A program made the position numbers and the translations under genes. The notes under the pieces are model-generated. The model was not told where the DNA came from. It saw only the letters and a program-made list of their open reading frames with translations, and did no database searches. A stretch of DNA of 64,000 nucleotides from an uncultured Verrucomicrobiota bacterium (lineage in GTDB: Bacteria > Verrucomicrobiota > Verrucomicrobiia > Limisphaerales > UBA1319): assembly GCA_964409245.1 (NCBI GenBank), contig CAYPCQ010000005.1:30879-94878 (forward strand), read 5' to 3'. This document shows positions 14,901 to 26,900 of this stretch, in pieces (the stretch's first letter is position 1; the number at the start of each line of letters is the position of its first letter).

Positions 14901-17900
14901 TGGCATCAACACGCTCACGGATCAGATCAGCCAGCGCCTGGGTTTCGACCTGCCTGCCACGGTGTTTTTTGAATATGCCCATCTGCGGGATCTGGTGGAA
15001 TACCTGGTCCACGACTTCCAGGCTGAGCTGGAGGCATTCGCCGCCAAAAACGCCGGCACTTCCGGGATGGAAGGAGCAGCAATGGTTCAACCGGCGGAGA
15101 CTTCCTTGCCGCTGCCCACGCGGAACGATCAGAGCCGGGTGGGTGGGGCGGCCGATATCGCGGTGGTGGGAATGGGCGGCCTTTTCCCGGGAGCCCGCAA
15201 CGTCCACGAATTGTGGGAGAAAATAAGCAGTGGCCAGGATCTCATCATCGAAATGCCCGAACCCAGGCGCCAGTCTGTGTACCGGGTATATGCGGACGCG
15301 CTGCGGGATCTGAAAGGGATTTACGGAGGGTTTGTTGAGGACGCGGACAAGTTTGACGCCGCTTTCTTCGGTTTCACCGAAGCGGAGGTCATGGCCATGG
15401 ATCCGCAGCAGCGGCTTTTCCTGGAGGCGGCCTGGGCGGCCATCGAGGATGCCGGGTATTTTCCGCCCGCGCTCTCCGGGCGCAAGGTCGGGGTTTATGT
15501 TGGCGCGATTGTCAATGACTACAGCGCTTACCTGAACGACGTCGGGTATCCGGTGTCGATGTTCCACGAAGGGACGGGCAGCTCGCTGGCCGGCATTGCC
15601 AACCGGCTTTCCTATTTGCTTAACTGGACCGGCCCCAGCCAGGCGGTGGACACGGCGTGCTGCAGCTCGTTATACGCAATCGATCGGGCGGTCAATGATC
15701 TGTTGAAGGGAGATTGTGAGGCGGCCCTGGCGGGCGGAGTCAGTTTTGTCTGCACCGCCGCCGGTTATGAAATGTATGCGGCGATGGATTACCTGGCGAA
15801 AGATTGGCGCTGCAAGGCCTTCGCCGCGGGTGGCAATGGCTGGAGCAAGGCGGAGCTTTTTGGGGCGGTTTTCCTGAAGCGCTATGAGGACGCGATCCGC
15901 GACCGGGATCCCATCTATGCGGTGATCAAGGCCACCGGCACGAACCATGGGGGAAAGGGCTATTTCTATACGCAGCCCAATAGCGGGAGGCACGTGGAAC
16001 TGATGCGTGAGGTTTACCGGAAGGCGCAGGTTGATCCGAGGTCAATCATCCATATTGAAGCGCATGGTTCCGGGACGGAAATGGGAGACGCGCTGGAGTT
16101 CAACAGCATTTCCAGGGCATTGCGGGAGTTTGCCGCGGAGAAAGGCGTTCAGCTGCCCGCCAATCGTTGCGGCCTCGGTTCGATCAAATCCAACTTTGGC
16201 CATGCCGAGGCTGGCGCGGGAATTGCCGGATTCATCAAAACGGTCCTTCTGCTTCACGAGCGAAGCCTGCCGCCGACTTTGCACATTGAAAACGTCAATC
16301 CACACCTCCGATTAAGCCAGTCGCCCCTCTTCCTGGTCGACAAAGCCAGGACTTTTGCGGAACACGATGGAGCCACGCCCGGGGAGCCCCACAGCGCGGG
16401 CGTGCATTCCTTCAATTTTTCCGGCGCCGCAGCCCATGCGCTGGTGGCGGAGCACCTGGCTGGAGGCGAGAATGGATCACTCGGCTTATCGCGGTTTCCC
16501 GTATGCATTTCGGCCAAGACTCCGCGGGCCCTGGCTGCGTATTGCCGGGAGCTTGCACAATTCCTGAAAAAGGCTCCTGCCGCCCCGGGGTGGTTTGATC
16601 GCGCGGTGTTTACCATCAATCGCACGAAATCGTTCTTCCCCTGCCGCTGCGGTTTCATCGTTCATTCGGCCGGGGATTTGATTGCACAATTGGAGGCTGA
16701 AGCGTCCTCCGGAAATAATCGCACCCTGCCCGCAGGTTCAAAACCCGCGCGCAGTGGCAAGGCGGATTATCCATCCCTTGGCGACGGGAATGTGGAATTG
16801 CTGTTGGAGCGCTGGCTCGGCGAAGCAGATTTCGATTGGTCCCTGGTGCTGAAACCGTTCTCCCTGGTCTGCCTGCATTTGCCCACGTATCCTTTTGAAC
16901 ATGACCGTTCCTACTTCCCTCAGGCGGCGGCAGGTGCGGCACGGATCGCCACGAGGCCCGAATCGGTTGCTCCGATACCATCCGCGGTTTCCGCACCGGT
17001 GCCGGTCCAGCCGGCAGAGCCCGCGCTCTCCGGCACGGTGGAGGATCAGCTGGCCGGGATTCTTGGTGAAATCCTTGCGGTTTCACCATCGGCCATCGAT
17101 TTGGACCAGAGCGTCGGGGAATATGGCTTTGATTCGCTCAAGATTGTTGCTTTGTCCGAGGCGCTGAACAAACACTTCGGCCTGCAAACGGTGCCACCCG
17201 ATTTATTCGAGTTTTCCACCCCCCGCGAAATGCTGGCGCTGGTTGCCCCGGCGGACCAAACCCGGTCGAAAAGCCTCGCTGCTCCAGTGGGGCGGCCGGC
17301 TTCCGGACGGGACGATATTGCAATCATCGGCATGAGCGGCCAGTTCCCCGGCGCCTCGGATCTCGAACAGTTTTGGCAAAACCTCGTGGCCGGCCGGGAT
17401 TCGATCACCGAAATTCCCCCGGACCGCTGGGATTGGAAAAGCATTTTTGGGGATCCCCGCCGCGAAGCCGGCAAGACCAATGTCCGGTGGGGAGGATTCA
17501 TTGAGGATGTGCCGGTGTTCGATCCGTTGTTCTTCCACATTTCCCCGCTCGAGGCCCAAGCGATGGATCCCCAACAGCGCCTGCTCATGATGTATGTGTG
17601 GCGGGCGATCGAGGATGCCGGCCATCGACCGTCCAGCCTGGCGGGGAGCCATACCGGCCTGTTCATCGGGACGGGCAGCACAGCCTACAGCGCCTGGGTG
17701 GCGGCGGGCGAGGCCGCCAGGGAGGGATACAGCTCCACCGGTTCGATCCCCTCCATCGGGCCGAACCGGATGAGCCACTTCCTTGATTTGCACGGGCCAA
17801 GCGAGCCGGTGGAAACCTCCTGCTCCTCTTCGTTGGTGGCGATTCATCGCGCCGTCTCGGCCATCAAGGCTGGCGAATGCGGCCTGGCGATTGCCGGGGG

Positions 17901-20900
17901 CATCAACACCATCATCACACCCGATGACCACATCGGTTTCAGCAAGGCCGGGATGCTTTGCGAGGACGGGCGCTGCAAGACTTTTTCCGCCACTGCGAAC
18001 GGATACGTGCGCGGGGAAGGGGTTGGGATGCTCCTTTTGAAATCCCTTTCCGCAGCCGAGGCGGACGGGGATCATATTTACGGGGTGATCCGCAGCAGCG
18101 TGGTCAATCACGGAGGCCGGGCCACCTCGTTGACGGCGCCCAATCCGAAAGCGCAGGCGGAGCTGCTGCGGGCCGCCTATTCCAAGGCGGGGATCGATCC
18201 CCGGACCATTGGCTACATTGAGGCTCACGGGACGGGCACACCGCTGGGCGATCCCATAGAGATCAACGCCTTAACCCAGGCTTTCAAGGCGCTCTATGAA
18301 GCGGCCGGCGCACCCGGCGTGCGCGAAGCCCATTGCGCTTTGGCCTCGGTCAAAACTAACATTGGCCATCTCGAACTCGCGGCCGGGGTGGCGGGTGTCA
18401 TCAAGGTGCTGCTCCAGCTGCGGCATGGCCTCCTGGTCCAGGGACTCCATTGCGAGCGGATTAATCCCTATATCAAACTGGAGGGCACGCCATTCTATTT
18501 GCTGCAGGAGAATCGGCCGTGGCCGCAGGTGATGGGTGGGGATGGCCGGCCCTTGCCACGCCGCGCCGGGGTCAGCTCCTTTGGCTTTGGTGGAGTCAAT
18601 GCGCATCTGGTGCTCGAGGAATATGTGCCGCCAGCTGAGGCGCGGCCAGCCGCGGCCGGGCCGCTCCGTCCGCAGCTGGTGCTGCTATCCGCCCGGAACC
18701 CGGAGCGCCTCCAGGAGACCGTCAGGAATCTCCATGGTTTTCTCCTGCGCCACCCCGGCACGGCGGCCGGGGATCTGGCTTATACCCTGCAAATCGGCCG
18801 GGAGGAAATGGAAGCCCGCCTGGCCTTGAGCGCAGGGTCGATCGAAGAGCTGCAGGTGAAGCTGCAGCAGGTTATCAACGGCCAGAACGATGTTGAAGGC
18901 TGCCTCCGAGGTTTGGTGGCCGGCCCGGATGGCGGTTCCGGGCAGGCTTCCCTGACGCTCCCGCCGGATTCCCAAACCGATCCGGGACGCCTGGCGGCCC
19001 ACTGGGTCAACGGGGGCCGGGTGGATTGGGGCACCAGCCAGGCCGGTTTCCGGAGGATCAGTTTGCCGGCTTATCCTTTTGCGCGGGAGCGTTATTGGCG
19101 GGGTGAGGCTGCCCGCGCCGCCATCGGCCTTCCGGCGGCCGAGTCGGAGGCCACCGTATTTATCCCACAATGGGAGGACGCGGGATCCTGGGTGCAGCCA
19201 ACGGCCTTGCGTGCCCCAAGCACGCTGGTGATTGTACAATCCGGAACCGCCTTTGGTTTGCCGCAGGCGCTCACCGAACATTGCCGGCAACGGTTTCCCG
19301 GTGCCGCCATCCTCCGCATCCAGGTTGGCGATCAGACCGGCAGCGGGAGTGCTGGTGAATGGCTCTGTGGACGTGATGATGCTGGAGGATTCGAGGCCTG
19401 CCTGAGGGATTGTGCATCGATTGACAGCCTGTTCTTCATCGCCAACGAGGAGCCGCTGGACCCGGATTGGCCCGCTCAGGATGAGGTTCAATTGCTTCGT
19501 CTGGCAAAGGCGGTCAAGCGCCGGCTATCCGGCGCGGATCAGGCCGCCTGCTTCATATTGACGGTGGATAATTATCGGGTGGCAGATTCCGCGGTCCATC
19601 CCCGGGGGGGCGGTTTGACGGGATTGGTTTATGCCATTGCCCAGGGGGATCACCGCCTGCAGGTGCGGAATATCGATTTGTCCGCGGCCGATGCGGACCG
19701 CCGGGAATCGCTTCCGGCCTTGCTGGACGCCGTCCTGTCCGAGCCTCCTTCGCATCGGGGTGAAGTGATCAAATTTTGCGCGGGGCAGCGTTACCTCCAG
19801 ACACTCATCCCCTTGGCCTGGCCCGACGGATCGCCAAAAGGATTCCGCCACAACGAGGTTTACGTCATTCTTGGTGGCAGTGGGCTGGTGGGGGATATGG
19901 TAACCCGGATCCTGATACAACGTTGCCAGGCCAGGATCATTTGGCTGGGGCGGAGCCCGGAGGACCACCCGGGCATCCGCGCCCGGCTGGACTCCTATCA
20001 GGGACTGCCCGGGAAGCCCATTTACCGGCAAGCGGACGCCTTGGATTTGGCTTCCTTGCGGGGCGCGGTGGAGCGGATCAGGGCGGACTATGGGGAGATC
20101 CATGGGGCACTGTTCGCGGGCAATGTCTTTTCTTTTGACAATTCGGTGGCGGAGACGACGGAGCTGGATTTTACCCGCATTCTGGAGATCAAAACCAAGG
20201 GCAGCCTCAACTTCGTGGAGGCCTTCAAGGAGGTGCCCCTGGGCTTCATGTGCTTTTTCTCCTCCGCGCAGGCCTATTCGTTTTCGGGTGCGGCCTCTTT
20301 GTCGGCTTACGCGGCGGGAATCACTTTCACCGATTCCCTGGTGCGATCGCTTTGGGAAAGTGCGGCCTTTCCCGTCGGCACCGTCAACTGGGGCTTTTGG
20401 GAATCTTCAAGGGAAGGCCCATCCGCCGTGGGCAACGCCGGCTTCCTGGATGCGGCCACTGGGGTGGATGCCTTGGATCGCTTCATTGGTTTGCTGCGGG
20501 AACGGGTGCTCAACCAAATTTTGTGCCTGAAAACATCGCCGGCCGTCCGCGGCTTGATGCCGATCCATGGAGACCGGTTGACGCTGGCTTCCGGGACCGT
20601 TGTGGTGGAAAACCAAGCGGCGCTGGCTCGGGCCGGCTACGTCGGCTACGAGCGGCCGCCGCTGGCGGATATCCCGGGGGCGGACGAATTCGAGGCATGG
20701 ATGGTCAAACTGCTGGAGGCGCAGATTCGGGATATGGCACTTCCCGCCGGGGAGGAGGCAGCGGTGACGCCCGGATTGCGGCTGTGGCTGAGGCAAACCC
20801 GCCGCCTGCTGGAGGAGAAACGGGCGTTGGTCGATGCCTCCGCGGGCGCCGACAGCGTGTGGGCCGCCTGGGAGTTGCGGAAACCCGTCCTGCGGCAGGA

Positions 20901-23900
20901 ACGGCAGCTCCAGGCGCAAATCCTATTGGCGGAGGAATGTTTGCGGAAGCTGCCTGCCGCCCTGCGCGGAGAAATCAGGCCGACGGAGATATTGTTCCCG
21001 GCTGGCTCCATGGAAAAGGTGGAACCGGTTTATGCGGATAATAGCCAGTTCACCTATTTCAGCACCGTCGTGGCGGATGCAGTTCTGGCGTTCCTGGAGC
21101 AGCAGCGGGAGTTCGATCCCGGTTTCCGCGTCCGGATTCTCGAAATCGGGGCCGGGACCGGGGGCACCACCGCGGTGGTTTTAGCCAGCCTCCGGGGATG
21201 GGAACCTTTCATCGAGGAATATTGCTATACGGATGTGTCGCGCGCCTTTCTGGCCCACGGGGAGCGCCGTTTTGCTTCCGGACGGCCATTCCTCAAGTTC
21301 CAGTTGCTGGATATCGAACAGGCACCGGCGGCGAGTGAGGACGGCTGGGGAACCTGCGACCTGGTCCTGGCGGCTAATGTGCTGCATGCCACCAAGGATA
21401 TCCGGCGCACCATCCGGCACGCCAAGGCGGCATTGAAACGCCATGGGCAGCTCATTCTGGATGAGATCGCCGGACCCTCAATTTTTGCGCATCTCACTTT
21501 TGGCCTGCTGCCGGGCTGGTGGCGGTTTGAAGACTCTGCGCTCCGCATTCCGGGGAGTTCCGGCCTGTATCCAGAAACCTGGCAACGCGTGTTGCGGGAA
21601 GAGGGCTTTGAAACGATCGCGTTTCCCGCCCGGGAGGCACATCGCTTTGGGCAGCAGGTGATCGTGGCCGGCAGCGATGGTGTGATCCGGTTGGAAAAAC
21701 GCGCCGGCCGGGAAGCAGACGAAAAAACCGTGGAAAAACAGGAGGCGGCCAAACCCACGGGAGCCAATCCGGGCTTGGCCGGCGGCTCCGTTAAGCAACG
21801 GATCACGGGGATACTGTCGGAATTCTTAAGGATTCCCGAATCCCAGCTCTCGGCCGGCACACCTTTCTCCGATTATGGAGTGGATTCAATTCTGGGCATC
21901 AACTTTGTGGACCGGCTCAGCGCGGAACTCGGGCTTTCGTTGAACTCGGCGATTTTGTTTGAACACTCAACCATTGAACGATTGAGCGCCTTTCTTGCTG
22001 AAAATTACCCGGACCAGATCCCGGCGGGCAGGTCCCAGGCCGCGGTTTCCCCGGCGGCGTCTATGCCCGCCGCCACCGCGCCGAAAAAACCTGATTTCCA
22101 GGCCGGGATGGGAACCGGAGAAATCGCGGTGATCGGCATGGCGGGGCAGTTTCCGGGTGCCAAAGATGTGGAGGCCCTATGGCGGAACCTGGTCGATGGC
22201 CAGGCGGTGGTGCAGGATTTGCCGGCGCACTACCTGGATGCCGGGCAGGTATTCGACGGCTTCGATAAAGCCCGGGAATGGAGCTGCCGGCGGGGTGGGA
22301 TCCTGGAGGACCGGGCCTGTTTTGATCCGCTTTTTTTCAATATTTCACCCCGCGAGGCGGAGTCGATGAACCCCCACCAGCGTTTGATACTCCAGGAAAG
22401 CTGGAAGGCGCTGGAGGACGCCGGGATCAATCCCAGAAGCCTGGGCGGGGCGAAGGCCGGCCTGTTCATTGGCGCCGAACCGTGCGGTTACGAGCATGAG
22501 TCCTTCACTGGCGCCTCGGATGCGATCATCGCCTCCCGGCTCTCCTATTTTCTGGATCTGAAGGGGCCGGCGTTGGTGGTGAACACGGGGTGCTCATCCT
22601 CCGCGGCGGCGATTCACCTGGCGTGTGAAAGCCTGCGCCATGGCGAGTCTCAATTGGCGATCGCCGGAGGCGTGTTCGCGGTGCTGGGCCAGGAGTTGCT
22701 GGTCCGCCTGTCCGCCATGGACATGCTTTCGCCGACCAGCGCCTGCCATTCCTTCGATGCGGCGGCGGATGGGACGGTGTTTTCTGAGGGGGTGGGGGTG
22801 GTGGTGCTCAAACGGCTGGCTGACGCCATCGCCGATGGAGATCCGATTTATGGAGTGATCCAGGCCTCCGGCATGAACCAGGATGGCGCGAGCAACGGCA
22901 TCACGGCGCCGAATGGCAAGGCGCAGGAGTCCCTGCTGGCCGATGTTTACCGGCGTTTCCATATCGACCCCGAACGGTTCAGCTACGTGGAAGCCCACGG
23001 CACGGGGACCCGGCTGGGCGATCCGGTGGAGGCCAACGCCCTGGCGCGCGCGTTCAGGCAGTTTACGGCCAGGCGGCACTTTTGCGCCGTCGGCAGCGTG
23101 AAGGCTGCGCTGGGGCACGCCTCCGCCGCCGCGGGGGTGATCGGCCTGATCAAGGTGCTGCTCATGATGCGGCATGGGAAGCTGCCCGGGATGCCTCATT
23201 TCAAGCAGCTGAATCCGTTGATCGAGTTTGAAAACTCCGCCTTTTATGTGAATGAAACGGCCCAGGATTGGCCGGCCGCCAGCGGCCTGCCCCGGTTCGC
23301 CGCGGTGAATTCTTTCGGGCACAGCGGCACCAACGTCCACCTGGTGGTCCGTTCCCATGAGGCGCCGCTGCCGGTGGCCAGCGCTGGCGGTCCCCAGGTG
23401 ATTGTCCTGTCAGCCAAAGACGGGGATCGCCTGCAGGAAGCCGCTGGAAGGCTGGCCTCGTTTGTGGAGCAGAATCCCGCGTGCGATTTGCGGGCGCTGG
23501 CCTGCACCCTGCAAGTGGGCAGAGAGAGCATGCGGGAGCGGCTGGCCTTGATTGTTCACGAGGCTGCCGAATTGCCGGCCAAACTCAAGGCGTGGATCCG
23601 CGGGGAATGTCCGGTTGCAGCCTGCTGGCGGAGGACCGCTGATCCGCAGGACCGCGCCATGCACTTGCTGCAAGCCGATGAGGCCTCCCGCGACCTGCCG
23701 GCCCGGTGGATTGCCCAGGGCAAATTAGACCTGTTGGCCGAGCTGTGGACTCTCGGGGCCGATGTCGATTGGCAGCTTCTTTACCAGCATAACCGTCCGG
23801 TGCGGCTGCGGCTGCCCACCTATCCCTTTGCGAGGGAACATTACTGGGCGCCCAAGCCTGGCCCGGGGAGTGGGCCGGCAGCCCTCCTGCCCAGGCAACC

Positions 23901-26900
23901 GGCGGAGGAAGAACGGATTCTCTGTTTTGAAGAAAACTGGGAGCCATTCGCTGCAAACGCCAGCCCGCTGGACCCTCCGGCGAACCGGATCCAGACGCTG
24001 GTCTGCCTGCTTTCCGATCCGCATCACCAGGATGCCTTTAGCCGGGCCATGCATGCCCTTGCTCCGTCCGCCCGGGTGGTTTTCCTGGGTCAGGCGGACG
24101 TGGGACCGGGTAGGGACGCCGAGGCCTTCGGGAAGGCTTGGTCCAAGGTGGGGCCTTGCGATGCTTTCATTTATCTGTGGCCGGTGGAAGACCGCCGACT
24201 GATTACGGACATCCTGCCCCTGGCCGGCCTCCTGCAGGCGGTTTCCAAAGGCGGTAACAAGCCCGGCCGCGTGATTTTCGCCGGTGGTTATGCGGATGGT
24301 CTGGAGCGATGCCACCTGGAATCGTGGATCGGGATCGAACGATCCCTGGGGCTGGTTTTGCCGGAAGTCCAGGCTGCCGTGCTGTCAGTCCAGGCAGGCA
24401 TCAGCGCTCCCGTCAGCATGGCAACTTGGGCGGATCGGGTCTGGCGAATGCTCGCCCAGGATAAACTGGAGAGCGTGCGCTATGAAGACGGGATCGGCCA
24501 TGCCCTCCGGATTCGCGAGATGAAGCTGGCGGCCGCATCCGCTCCCCGGTTGGACGGCAAAACCATATTGATCACGGGTGGTTGTGGTGGCCTGGGCTTG
24601 AGAATGGCAAAATGGCTGGCGGCGAAATGGCGCGTTAATCTGGTGCTCACCGGGCGTTCACCATGGTCTTCCGGCCTGCAGGGCATGCTGGCCGGGATTC
24701 AGCCCGTGGGATGCCGGGTCCATTATGGCCAGGCTGATGTGTGTGACGCCCAGGCGATGGCGGCAGCTTTACAGGAGGCCAGGAATAAACTGGGGCCGAT
24801 CCATGGAGTCATTCACGCCGCCGGGATCAAGGATACCCGCACGGTTTTTGAAAAAAGCCCGGCGGAGCTGCAGGCGGTGATGGATCCCAAAGTAAAAGGC
24901 ACCCTGGTCCTGGATGAAGTGCTGGCGCAGGATCCCCTGGAGTTCGTATGCTACTGCTCTTCCAGCGCGGCCATCCTCGGGGATTTTGGGGCGTGTGATT
25001 ACGCCATGGCCAACCGTTTTCAAGTGGCCTACGCCGCCCACCGGAACTTATTAGCGGCCGAAGGCAGGCGCCAGGGCAAGACGCGCGTCATTTGCTGGAC
25101 GATGTGGAGCGGGACGGGCATGGGCAGCCGTGGGGGCGATGAAACCGCGGTTTGCCTCAAAGCCAGCGGGCAGCGGCCGTTGCGTCCTGAGGAAGGGCTC
25201 GAGTTGTTTGGGCAATTGCTGGCGCAGGATAAAGGGCAGTGCATCGTGCTCGCGGGCAAGGCCGCGCAGGTCCGGCGCGCCCTGCGTTGCGATTCCGGGC
25301 CGGCTGCCCCAGTGCGGAATGGCGCACAACCTGCCGGAGCCCCCGCTGCCATCCTGGCTCCTGGGATCCTGGAGGAAAAGCTCCTATCGGATTTGGGGGA
25401 ACAACTCAGCCAGCTATTCAAGATACCCACCGCCCGGCTTGGCAGTTCCCAGAACTTCGCCGATTTCGGAATCGACTCCATCGGCTTGGCCGAGCTGGCC
25501 CGCCTGCTTTCCAAGCGTTACGGGATTGCGCTCTCGCCATCGGTGTTTTTTGGCCATTCAACTCTCGCGGCGGTGACCCGCTACTTATGCGAGAAACACA
25601 CGGTGATTTTTAATCCCCAACCCTCCATTCCTGAAAACACGGCGGCTGAGCCTTCGCCATTACCTGTTCCAGAGCCATCCGGCCACCAGCCCTCAAAGGT
25701 TCCGGAACCGATCGCGATTATCGGGATGAGCGGACGATTTCCCGGTGCGCGTGGCGTCGATGAGATGTGGCAAATTCTTTTCGAGGGGCGGAATGCGGTC
25801 ACCGCGATGCCCGCAGACCGGTTTGAACAACCGGCGGGGAGCGGCGGCATGAAGGGGGATCAAGACCAGGCCAGCCGTCCCTGCTGCGGGTGTATTCCCG
25901 GGGTCAGGGAATTCGATCCGGTCTTTTTTGAAATATCTCCCGCGGAGGCTGAGGAGATGGATCCGCGCCAGCGGTTGCTGCTCCAGGAGGGGTGGAACGC
26001 CCTGGAGGACGCCGGATTCGGGCCGGAGCACCTGGCGCGGCAACGGATCGGGATGTTCGTTGGGGTGGAGGAAGGGGATTATCCGCGCCGGGCCGCCGAG
26101 GGGAGCATCACGGCCAATCACACCGGCATCCTGGCCGCCCGCCTCGCCTATTTCCTGAATTTGAAGGGGCCGGTCATGGCCATCAACACGAGCTGTTCCT
26201 CCTCGCTGGTGGCTGTGCATCAGGCTTGCCAAACCCTGCGCAGCGGGGAGTGTGAGGCCGTCCTGGCCGCCGGGGTCAACCTGATCCTCGACCCGGACAA
26301 TTTATTGGCCATGGCCCAGGCGGGGATGTTGTCGCCGGATGGAACCTGTTTTGCGTTCGACCGCCGGGCCAGCGGGATGGTGCCGGGAGAAGCGGTGGTG
26401 GCGATCGTCCTCAAACCCTTCCGCCGGGCGGTTGCCGATGGCGACCCCATTCATGCGGTGATCCTCGGCAGCGGGATCAACTACGATGGCAAAACCAATG
26501 GGATCACGGCGCCCAGCGGAGTGGCACAAGCGGAATTGTTGCGGAAGGTGTGGGAAAAGGCCGGCGTCCAACCGCAGCAGATCGGGTATATCGTGGCGCA
26601 CGGCACGGGCACGCGGCTGGGTGATCCGGTGGAAGTCAACGCCCTGGCCGAGGCGTTCAACGGCGCCCCCACTGCGCCAGCGCAATGTGCCTTGACCTCC
26701 TGCAAAACCAATTTCGGCCATACTTTTGCCGCCTCAGGCTTGGTGAACCTCGTGGCTTTGGTCCAGGCGATGCGGCACCAGACCATTCCCGCCAGCCTTC
26801 ACTGCCGGGAACTGAACGAGTTCATTCATTGGGACGGCTGCCCGTTTTATGTCAGCGTCGCGAACCAAGCCTGGCGGTCCAGTCCGGGCCGCGCAAGGAT

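Noticed and set aside
23317-23328. GHSG strings (23317-23328, 51649-51660, 56575-56586) that resemble the GHSxG nucleophile elbow of AT or TE domains
   Set aside because: They are part of FGHSGTNVHLVV, the C-terminal KS block equivalent to FGxGGxNAH. No AT or TE context (about 300 aa with an Arg/His and HAFH/YASH region) follows.
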